Positions 38,591-49,400 of a stretch of 64,000 nucleotides of DNA are shown here, piece after piece. A program made the translations under genes and the position numbers. A model generated the notes under the pieces. It saw only the letters and a list, made by a program, of their open reading frames with translations, was not told where the DNA came from and did not search any database. The stretch is from Macrostomum lignano (taxonomy: Eukaryota), in the NCBI GenBank assembly GCA_002269645.1, contig NIVC01000192.1:1-64000 (forward strand). The letters run 5' to 3'. How positions within the stretch are numbered: the stretch's first letter is position 1; each line of letters begins with the position of its first letter.

Positions 38591-41052
38591 TTCCGCGGCG
38601 AATGACTCTGTTACAATGACATTAGCTATAGGTACTGTGGCTCTGGCTCGTGACCCGTCGCCCCAGATAAAAATCTTCGCTATACGCTACTAATTAATTG
38701 CAGTCTGTTCGGTTCAGAGCGTTACTTCGGACTCCATTGTAGCGCTTTTGTTGGCGTCCCATTTGTTATATATTTTAAGCAAATTTGTAAAATTTTCTTT
38801 TTAATAATATCTTATGCGATTACACTAACGCATTGTGTTTCATAGAGAGATCATTATATTGTTGAAAGCTCCCGCATCACTCTTATTTTAGAGAGCATAT
38901 CTTTTCTTTCATATCATGTGCTCCATGACTGGAAAAAAGCTACAGATTTTTTAGATTTTACTGCGAGTCAATTTGTACTTATATAAATAGCTCATTAAGC
39001 TTGTGAACCTGGTTGGCAAATCATTTTTCGTTGCTTAATATACTAATACCTAGAATGCAGTGTGTTGCTATGCTCTGAACACTGGGATTTTGTGTCACAG
39101 CGTGTCATTTGGACCCCAAAGTGTCACTCTGTATTTTTCTAATCTGAATTCCATTCAATTTAAGTATCAATTATTTTATAATATATTGGTATTCTTGGGA
39201 TTTCAAGACTTCTTTCAATTATCAAATTTGAGAGTAATCTGTCAACATGGAGTCTGCAAGTATTTTATTTTATTTGTTTCCAGCTGGCATCCTTCGACCC
39301 CGCATGCTAAATGGCACTGCAATTCTGACGCTAAAAAACCCTGCTCTAAACTCGTTCCTGTCTCGAACCAATACTCTTTATTTTGACTACTAATAGTAGG
39401 CATCGTTTGTTCGATAGGTCATAACTGTTAATTGTATGTTGCGCTCTTGAAAGAACTGCTTCTTAATCTCGCGCAGCTATGCAAGTAGTTTCGCTTGCTA
39501 AATTTTACTCATTTGAGAAATGCTTCCAAACTTCATTCAGTTGTTTTTGACTTTCGGAAATGATAGATGAAATACACAGTTTATTATTATTCAGTACCTT
39601 TTTTATCCGTGATCTTAGCTTACGCCGGGTGTCCAAAAAGTGATATTTTTGCCGATGTATCTTTTATTCGTGCCTGAAATTCAAAAGATTTATTAGAGAC
39701 ATTGGAAAGTGGATAAAAAATCTCATCTTTATTTTGGCAACAAACGTTTGTTTTTGTTAATTTTAAATCAAAATCTCAGCTCTCATCCCTGCAAACATTC
39801 ATTTCAAGGACATGCACGCAAGTGCTGCTCGGGATCCTCTTTGATATGCAATCTTCACTTCACAGGAAAATTGTCAAGTTAGCTACACAGCTAAAACAGA
39901 TTGTACTTAAAGGAGAAATAACAGACAATTTAACTGTCATTGGTTTTGTTCCGAGCATATCTGGATAAAAAAGCGAAATCGGATCAAACAAAATCACAGA
40001 ATTGTAGAGATCTCCAAAACATAGCAGACTACTAGTAGTAAGACAAAACTACGAAAAATACAAATTTTAAATGTCACGCGTGATTCATACTTCGTTTTTA
40101 GTAGTATCACATCACGAAAACAGCGAATGACTATTTCATTGTGTGGAACACGGTTCGCAACATTTAATTTTAGAACTCCCAAAAAATATGGTAAATGTTA
40201 ACCTGAAATTGACCCTTAAGTTTCACCTTTTCTATTCAAAAATCCCACCTGTCAAATAATAAAATTCGTTTCTTGACATCATCAAAAAGACCGGTTGAGG
40301 CCAAGGTCGACTTAAAACTGTGTATAAATACTCGTACAAGTAAATAATCCGAGCTGAAATCTCAGACTCGGAGCAGCCTCGAGGACTTGAGACCAACCAA
40401 GAACTAAGAGGCTACATCTCAGAGAAGTTTATTCCGATCGTTAAGCCTTTGTCGAAGTCTTTGTTATTTGATTATTGAGAGCGGTGCCATTGCCGGCCGT
40501 TATTGATCAGTTGATTTCTATTAAGTTATTGAAATTTATGCCTCCCTATTCCTAAGGGATTGGATAGGATCCACTGGACCGTTTCCGATACTCTTAGACG
40601 AATTATTGATTTGAGTGATTTTAGTACCCTGGATTAACAGATAAGGGCACACGGCTCCGATTCCGTTATTTCTAGAAGAAGACGCCCTTTCTGGAGGACC
40701 TCGTTGTTATTAAAGAGTTGATTCTATTATTAGGGCGCATCCCGGATATCCCTGATTACTGATCACAAGGAATATATAGTAACGTCGATGGATTAAATTG
40801 TTACGTTCTCGGCTGACTTCAGAATCCAACAAGCTCCGGAGAGAACATGGGCAAAAGATGTCAGCCGTGCATGACCACCTGATGATATGCAAAGAATGCT
40901 GTGACAGCCAAATTGATAAAAAATTTCCACCATCCATACGTGTTCAAATGAGTGCAGACTAAAAGTGCTTGAGGCCCTGTACGAGTATATAAAATCGCGT
41001 AAACCAATCCTAAATAAGCAACTTGCCAATCATGTGCCAGTGCCCTCCTTAG

Positions 41053-42233
41053 CGGTGTTGGCCTGGCACTTCCGTTACCGAGTAACTTGCAAATGGTAAC
41101 GCAAGTTACTTTTTTATTTTAGTAACGGAGTAACGGGGGCCGGAGCCCAGCGGTAGCGCAGCTGCTCTGGTGTGCCGCGACCCAGGCTCGATTCCAAGTG
41201 CAGCCACATTAATTTGGGGCTGGATTGGAATCTTGGCTTGGCTCGCTTGTGCAATTAACGGCCTTGAGAGCCAACCCCCCAAGGCGCAGTGAAGTGTACA
41301 GGCCTAACAATTGATTAAGTTAGGGCCGCTGTACACTCCTGTGTGAGTGTGTGCCTGCGTAACGTATCCGCGCGCTTGTATGCCTGCTCAGGGGAGTCGG
41401 CGGAATGGGCAGTAATGCCTCTCGCCGGTTGTGCCAATGACGCTTAAATTGCGCCAGGGTGCACACAACCCCCTGCCTCTGATAAAAATAATAAAAAAAC
41501 GGTAAGTTACTCAAATTTCGAAAGTCCGTTACAGTTACTTTGCAACAATCGCAATAATTAAATTCAAAACTGAAATGCTTAGCTAGTACGCCGCGGTTGT
41601 CACATGTTTTTTGCATTTTTCATTCCTAAATTCAAAATTAAGTGAACAGTATCATATGGTATTGCGCTTAATTAATGAAGAAATACTTGAAACATGTTTT
41701 ACTTTGTTAATTTCGGTAAAATATTTTCGTCTTTCATTTTTGTTACTAAAAATTTTCAAGTTTGATTCAAACAAACAACCAAAGAAAGAAATTCATCTGT
41801 AGCCTCCACAAGTCCCTCCACTGGCACTGCAGTACACTATACCATTTTATACAGTTCTATTTATTTTACTCTATTGAATTATTGATATTCGTTTATTTTA
41901 TCATTTATAATTTTAATTATTGATTGCCATTGCCCATTGGTCCTTCTACTTGCCTCACATCGTGTCGCCAATTCCTGTCTCTGTCTGTTAATCGGTTAAT
42001 CCCAATGCCCAATGGCAAATTTCGGTAACAACAATGTGAAAAAATGTGCACTGTGAAAAAAGCAGAAAAATTTGTTAATAACATGGGTAACGGAAGTGAG
42101 TAACGGACAGTAACTTAAAAGTGACCAAGTTTTTGTCTAAAGTTACTAGGCTAACGTAAGTTACTTTTTAAAAATTGGTAACTTAAGTTACAGTAACGCA
42201 AGTTACTTTTTTTGAGTAACTTGCCCAACACTG
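41053..42233. mobile_element. hAT-like non-autonomous DNA transposon with GTAAC/GTTAC subterminal motifs
   Basis: Ends CGGTGTTGG / CCCAACACTG. Perfect 8-bp TSD CTCCTTAG at 41045-41052 and 42234-42241. Confidence 0.85.
41135..41395 (+). mobile_element. tRNA-derived SINE, family B (nested in the hAT element)
   Basis: A-box-like GGAGCCCAGCGGT and B-box-like GGCTCGATTCC. Homologous to the reverse complement of 62545-62805. Confidence 0.75.
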
Positions 42234-42451
42234 CTCCTTAGAGTATTCTAGGTGTACACTCGAGCTCATCTCACTCTCTCTCTCTCCATCTCTCTCCCCC
42301 CTCATTGCAACTGTGTGCGTTCCACCGGACTGTGCAATCTTACTGTTGATTTACATACATTTTCTGACTTTTATCGACCCGTTTGTTGTCTAAATTGTTT
42401 AATATAAATATAAATATAAATATAAATACAAATAAGTCGTTACTAATTTTT

Positions 42452-42500
42452 AAGAGCCTGACGGTGCCTGACGCGAGGCGAAACATGTCGCATAACAAAA
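42452..42500 (+). ncRNA. Degenerate minimal type-I hammerhead ribozyme motif (Penelope-like element remnant)
   Basis: CTGACGG-T-GCCT(gacgcg)AGGC-GAAACATGTC. The core CUGANGA has one mismatch; stem II and the palindromic ACATGT stem III are present; stem I is weak. Confidence 0.4.
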
Positions 42501-43307
42501 AGTTATAGCGCTCACGTTCTTAATTTTGCTTTTCATCAGACGCGCAACTTTGCCACAAGATCACTAAATTCTGTTCCCAGACTTTCGGTCAGGAAGTGGG
42601 AGTTTTTGATTGACTGATCACCACTATTAAACTCTTCAGAATTTAAGATTAATCTAAAAGTAAGAAAATCAAATACGTTTACTGTACGCGGAGCTAGGGA
42701 TGCTATTCAGCATTTTTCATGTATTAGTACAAGTCTGAATAACAAGTCTACGTGTTAATTTCCGCGGCTTTTTAACCATCTTAATTTAAATGCAGTGTAA
42801 GACGTGGGTTGAAGTGAGCAAAAATAAGCGTGAGGAACTCCTAACTGGCGTGCACCCTGCCTTTATTTCGAGTAACTGTGTGGTTGGCGCAACCCATGGG
42901 TATAGCTCGTATGCATGATCTATGGTGCCACCACCGCCAGAGTACGCATGCAAGATTTTTTTTATTTTTCGACGATGTAAAATTTCGAGCTTATGAAAAC
43001 GCCCCCGAACTAGACCCGGTGTACCTAATGAGGGCCTGCCCGAATCGACCGACGAAATTATCTGGTTGTGTGACCCAGCACGTCATTTTGTTTACTTCTT
43101 AGCACCCCCCGTGCTAACTACGAGTATAATTATTTTTGTTACATTCCCATAAACTAAACCAGATACAAAGTGCATTGCATCGCTTAACTGTTCAGTTTTT
43201 TACTATGCGTCGCCTGGTCTTTTCTCCCTTTTATGGATAATATCCATTTTAACGCTGGTGACTCAGACAATGATATGTGCAACCATTACTCGTCATTCTC
43301 ATTGCAG

Positions 43308-44433
43308 TTTTTATCGTATGCTACGGCAATTTCAAATATCACCGTAGTAACTGCGATCCTCGATTCAGGCGCTCCGGATTGGAAGGATGCGGCTGCAGAA
43401 GACTTTCAGTGTGCCGGCTTCAATACAGAGCATTCCGAACTCAACCGAACCGTCTTCAGCGTGCAAGTGAGGAAATCTGCCCGTCCCTTCGCGCTCCAAG
43501 GACTGGCTGCAGAGTACTTTGCGCTACTCAAAGAGGGGGAAGCGCCATGGCACAAAGCAACTGTGCGAGAGTTCCTTGTATCCGACTTGAAAAAAATACG
43601 TTCAAACAGCCTTTCGTTCTTCTCAATACTTGCGAGATTCTTCAGGTAGCGACGTTTTTATTTCAGGAGTTCAACAGGTTGAATAAAATCGTACCAGTCG
43701 TCAAGCCTTTCACGACTGCCGTCATCATTCCAAGGACGCGACGTGCAGGACTCGATCCAGCACTGCTATGCCCATTTCGATTTGAGAAACTTGCGGGAGC
43801 CAATCAATTTAACCTCAATGATGACGACTGGAATCCAGGCCAAGTGACATCAGCTACCCCCCTCAAATCTGATGCAAGACAGAATCATGATTCAGAGTCT
43901 GTCAGAAAAATATGCAACTGCGAATCTGATCGCAGAGGTGCAGATGGTTTTGCACAATCAACTGCTGGAAACCCGTCCTCTAAGCAGGCGTCCCCGGGCT
44001 ACATTGTTCATCGCCAAACATCACAAAGGTCCTCTGTGTCCTCACCTAAACGATTCAAGCTGGAGGAAACAAGCATACCCGTTCTCAACTGTTTTGCGCA
44101 TTGGACACATTCTGTCACTGGCGGCTATCTGATGATGGAAGACCTCGAGGTTTGTTAACGGACAAGAATTAGGTTCAAATTACAAGTACCTTTTTTCAGC
44201 TCAGGTGCATTCGTAGACTATAACTCCCGTGATTTTTGCAGATATATTCCGAGTCGGTGCCCGACGAAGCAGGCGAGGCCCTGATAAAAAGTGCCAAGAT
44301 TCACTGCCTGGATGTCACTCGCTTTCTGCCATGGAACTTGGGCAAACCCGGCATCCGGAGGTACTTTCAGAAGCACAAGTGCAACAACTGGTGCAAGGAT
44401 ATGAGGCTGCAAAGAGTGCTTATCGAAAAGTAA
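43308..44433 (+). CDS. Divergent alpha-kinase (eEF2K/ALPK/TRPM7-type) domain protein, probably a pseudokinase; 5' end unresolved
   Basis: Motifs RPFALQG, ATFLFQEFNR, CFAHWTHSVTGGYLMMEDLE, KIHC..F..WNLGKPGIRRYFQKHKCNNWCKDMRL. Exons ~43308-44149 (needs +1 nt at the A7 run 43590-43596, or a 68-nt intron 43578-43645) and 44242-44433. Confidence 0.72.
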
Positions 44434-45777
44434 ACACTTCTCAACTATTTGTAGTGTTTGTGGTGTTTTTGAAGTTTACCGATTTACGAGTAGTTACTGT
44501 CATAATTCATTAGCTTTAAATTAACTTATAGATCTTTTAACTGGCTAATTTTAAAATAGTTGAACAAGCGAGAACTAATATAATCTAAGCAAAGTACAAA
44601 CAAGAGTCTGCTTAAAAAAATAATTAGCATAGTAAAATTAGTTTGAGATTTACTTTCGATTATTGCAGATTTAATATTAGACAAATAGACAGGTTTATGT
44701 ACAAGTAAGTTGGCATGCTACTTATTGTTTGTATCTTTTGAATTAGTTTAGTTTAATTTATTTTGGTATGCACTTTGCTAGTTTGATTTCATGTAGCTAT
44801 ATACGAGCGTAGTAAGAAATCGATCACATAGATACCTACCGACAAACCATATTTAGTATATGGATTTAAAAAGTAAAAACTTGCGAAATACTACTGTGTT
44901 GATTTTATAATAATTTTTTCTTTTTAGTAATGTAATACTTTATCCGAGGCATGTGTATTATGATTTTATTTAATTTTTCTAAGTACTTTCACTTCGTTTT
45001 ATTGTCGGCTTGCAAGTGCCATTTCTTTTTTACAGCATATGAAAGTAACTTTTGCGACAAGCTTATTTTTAAAGAACGTAGTTTTAATTTTTGTAAAATC
45101 CCAGGTTGAAGAGCGATAGCGGACGGTTCCTACATTAAGCTGCACAATATACTTTTACCAACCAGTTTATTAATTATACTGTGTTATTCTGCCCCTATCA
45201 CTCTACTTGCAGTAGAGCTGACAGCAAAATCTTTTTACTCCTGTCGCTTGGCCAATCATTTTTGCACCCTGGGAAGGCAACAGCAGAGGGAGAAAGGAAG
45301 GAGTCGGCGAGCTTGGCTGCGACCTGCGCAGTCTTCCTTCCTGACATAATTATCTTGCTTGAGTTGGCGGTCTGCGTGACGCGGCCTTGCAGTGACATAG
45401 GCGGGCGGGAACGTGAACTGAACTTTGCTGTGTTTAAGCACGGTGGATGATACGGGAAATTTGTTGTAATTTTTTACCTATTGTAATTATTTTAATCATC
45501 ATATGTGATGGTTCTTCTCTGAGATGAATATTCATATGAGTTCTTACTTTAAAAATATATATAAAAACTTGAAGACTGACGATCGGAGGGAACGGACTAT
45601 CTTCCTATAAAGTCGAATTCAAAGAAATATCTCTATGTTTTGAACAGGAGATACAATACAAATACCGTATTGTTGTTATAACACGTGACGCAAAAATGAT
45701 GCAACAGTATGTTTTAAGCAAGAAAGCTAAAAGAAACATGTCAATCAAAACTGACAAGTTGACAGTGTTGGGCAAGT

Positions 45778-45875
45778 ACGCAGCCTTCAGATGCGCCGCG
45801 CAATAGCTGCGGCTGAGCCGTCGGTTGCACATCTGCCCATTGGGGCAGGTGTAATCAATTATTAATTATTAATTA
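45778..45875 (+). mobile_element. 5'-truncated SINE family A fragment fused to a hAT TIR (45763-45777)
   Basis: Matches the 3' end of 47334-47624. The preceding CAGTGTTGGGCAAGT is the reverse complement of the 42219-42233 TIR. Confidence 0.75.
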
Positions 45876-46494
45876 ATATTATGGTTTCTATGCACCTCCG
45901 CTTCGGAATCGCTGAAGACATAGACCTCGCTCGGGAAATCAGATACTTTTAAAAATTGAGTTGATTTCTCAGATTGAATTCTGCGTATTACAGCTTCAGA
46001 AGCATCACAGCTCACGCAAGTCTGGAATCGTGCAGAAAGAAACACCCGGGCGCAATCAACGGTAGAGCCACGAGAGACGAGACTAGTGAAAATTTCGAGT
46101 TCTCTCGCCTCCCCAAATCTCCTTGACTCGCCTCGTCCGTCCCCTTCGAATTCGAAGGAGAGTCGCCCAACCTCTCTCACTCTCTCCGCTTGATTCGCTC
46201 AGACAGATTATGACGCTCAGGTGCGCGCTGGCGGGACGGGCAAAGGCGAAAAAGACGACTGCGGGGGGGGGTGGCGTGCGGCGTGCGCGATCCCCAAGAT
46301 TCCGAGCTTCCCTTCCCAGACGTGCTCGGCCTCTGATGGGGGATTTATTCTCTCGCACGGCTGAGTCACGGTCGGGCGGAATCGGCCAGCAGGGAGGGAC
46401 GGCAACGCTGAGTTCTTAGAAGCAGAAAATCGATTCGAATTGAAAACAAAGACTTCCGGGGGAGACGAATTTCTAATCGGATTTCACCGACATC

Positions 46495-49400
46495 ATGCTG
46501 ATGCTGCTGCTGCTGTCTGCTGCCGTTGGCTTGTCGACCGCTGCCACTGTTGAAGTCTGGGTGCTGACTCAGGGCGACAACTGCGGCACCGTCAGGGTCA
46601 ACTCCAGCAGCTTGATCATTGGTGGCCTCTTCAACACCACCGCCTCGCTGATGCTGCCGCCAGCTGTCCCAGCCAGCTCGCTGACCGTCCGAGCCGTGCC
46701 GCTCACCTGCGACCCGGTGACCGGCCGGCCCGGCCGCGACTCCCTCGGCGCCGCCGTCGCCGATGTCCTCGCCCGTCGGGAGCCGCTGATCTGGCTGGGC
46801 TTTCCAGAGCCCGACCTCTGCCAGCTCGCCGCCTCGTGGACCGGCGTTGGCGCCGCCAATGCCACCGCCGTGTCGTGGAATTGCGTCGACCCGCCCGCGC
46901 CGGCGCTGCCGAGTCTGGCGCCGTCGCTGACGACGCTGGTCAGCGGCGCTGTGACCCTGCTGAGCCGGTTCCGCTGGCAGGGCCTGGCGGTGCTGTGGCA
47001 GTCTGGCTCGGACTATTGGCAGCGGGCGGCCTACCAGCTCGGTGCGCAGCTGTCGCTGCTGGACTACGAGATCCCGGCGGCCGCCTTCCTCAGCGTCGGA
47101 GCCGACGGAGGGGCCGCTGCGGACGCGCTGGCCCGGCTAAGACGAGTGGCCAACGTCAAGGGTACAGCGGGCTGTTCGATGGCTGCATTTTGTAGCTGGG
47201 CAGAGCAGACCCTTCAAGCACCAGCTTGACAATACCCTTTTTTATTTTCATTAAAGTACCTCTAGAAGATACCCTCCATATACCCTTCTGTAAATGCCCT
47301 TACAACCGATTGGAGATAATGTCACTTGCTTGAGGGGGTTATAGCCTAGTGGTTAGTGGAATTGAAGGTCTGGGTTCGATTCCCGTTCCCACTAGAAAAT
47401 TTGTGTCCTTGAGCAAGACACAGTTACATTGCTTCAGCTTACCCAGCTGTAAAATGGTTGCCAGCATTAGCTGGGGTAATTGAGGGTGTGTGGCGACCCC
47501 CCAGTCCTTGGACTGAACAGCCGTACGCAGCCTTCAGATGCGCCGCGCAAATAGCTGCGGCTGAGCTGTCGGTTGCACATCTGGCCCAATTGGGGAAGGT
47601 ACAGTAATCAATTACTATTACTATTGAAGCATCATGCGGATGTACCCTTCTTACACACTTTCAAAGACAGATAACTTCCATAAATACCCTCCATACACTC
47701 TCTTTCAAACGACACCCTTCCTTCAATCACAATGACTTATAAATTTTTACTATTTAGAGCCCATGTCTATGAATCGCTTCGTTAGTAAAAGAAAACAGCT
47801 TTAACTGAAAGCAGAGGCACAGGCGAAAGCACACAGCAAACGCTATAATCCGTGGCTTATCCTGCCCGATCCCTCCTCCCTCATCTTAACCGGCCGAGAG
47901 GAGAGCAATTATACCTGCGCCACCCAAGAGCTCATCGGTAATTAGCCACAGGGAGGTTCAGTCGTCCGTTTGTCCGCTCTGTTAAAAGGAAGCCAGCAAT
48001 TTCCCGCCTTTTGCTGCTGCTGCTGCTGCTTTCTCTGCTTCCAGGAGACTCGCTAGCAAGGCCCTTCGCTCGGTTAAGAATCTCAAAAGACAAAATTCGC
48101 AACAAGTCGGCGCGAACAAGAAGAAGACGAAGCAAGAGAAAAAATTGCGAGCAAACGCGACAAATGAGAAGGCAGAGCTTTGCGCTTCTAATCACGGGTT
48201 CCCGGCGGAGGGAGGGGAGTGGGGGGCGGCGGAAGGGGCACCCGAGCTACAGTTGGAATCCAGTTGCTCATTCGGATATCAAGATGGATACTCTCGCTTG
48301 CCTTTGAAATTTATCTATCCTTGGCTTGAAATTTATTTCGCCCATAGCAACCAAGCGAAATTTGAGACGACTTGCATAGTAACCGAATTTCCTTTTTAAA
48401 ACTGGGAGCCCACTGCTAGCACTGCCTTGCTACATGCCGAATGCATTGCTTCTGTGCATTCAGTTTGCATTGGTACTCATCTGTGAACCTTTTTCACACC
48501 GTACGCTCATTAAATATCGACTCTCACGGCCGTGTGCTCCAGATATTATTCGGTATTTGAGATTGCAGAGAGTAGATTGGCATTGTTGGCAAAGGAGCAA
48601 ATGATTAACTTAGAGCAGGGGTCAGAAAACTCCGGCCCACGAAGCCTCTCTATCCGGCCCTCGGGTACTTTGAAATTTCACAATAGCAATCCGGCCCGCT
48701 CAAGGTGTGTCTTTTCTCAGCCCCTAGTCGAATCTACTCTCTCCTCTCCTCTCCTCTCCTCTCCTCTCCTCTCCTCTCCTCTCCTCTCCTCTCTCCTCTC
48801 CTCTGTTCTCCTCTGTTCTCCTCTCCTCTCCTCTCCTCTCCTCTCCTCTCCTCTCCTCTCCTCTCCTCTCCTCTCCTCTTCCCTCCTCTTCGCTCCTCTC
48901 TCTTCTTTCCTCTCCTCTTCTCCTTTATTCCCTCGCCTCTCCCTTTTCCTATCTCTTTTCTCTATTCCCTCTCCTCTCTTTTCCCTCCTCTGGCCCACAG
49001 TAATGCGCTTTGTTTTCTATCTGGCCTTGAGGTAAAAAATTTCGCCGGTCCCTGACTTAGAGGGTAGAAAAGAACAGGCTTTTTGCAACTTTTAAAGCCA
49101 CCCGCATCTGGCCCCGCAGTGGTCATCATGCTGATGGAGACCCCGGCAGCGGTTCGCACTATCCTGGAGACCAGGAGCCTGGGCTACACCGATGCCACCT
49201 ACATATTTGTGCTAATTAGCGACATCTTCCTTCTGCCGGATCTGAAGTTCACCTGGGACAGCCTGATGGCAGCTGGCGGTGATCTGACTGCGTCAGCCGC
49301 CGGGTCCCTGGTAATCCTCGGCGCCCTGCCCGCCGGCGCCAATGCGAGCGCCGTCTCCACTGACGGACGGGTCGGACAGGTGAGCCTCGGAGCAGCTGCT

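Noticed and set aside
40300-40720. Possible solo LTR or DIRS-like terminal repeat
   Set aside because: No TG...CA boundaries, TSD, PBS or second copy found in the window.
48011-48307. Signal-peptide-like basic ORF in rGC intron 1
   Set aside because: TTG start; the Leu run comes from a short (CTG)n; no splice or homology support.
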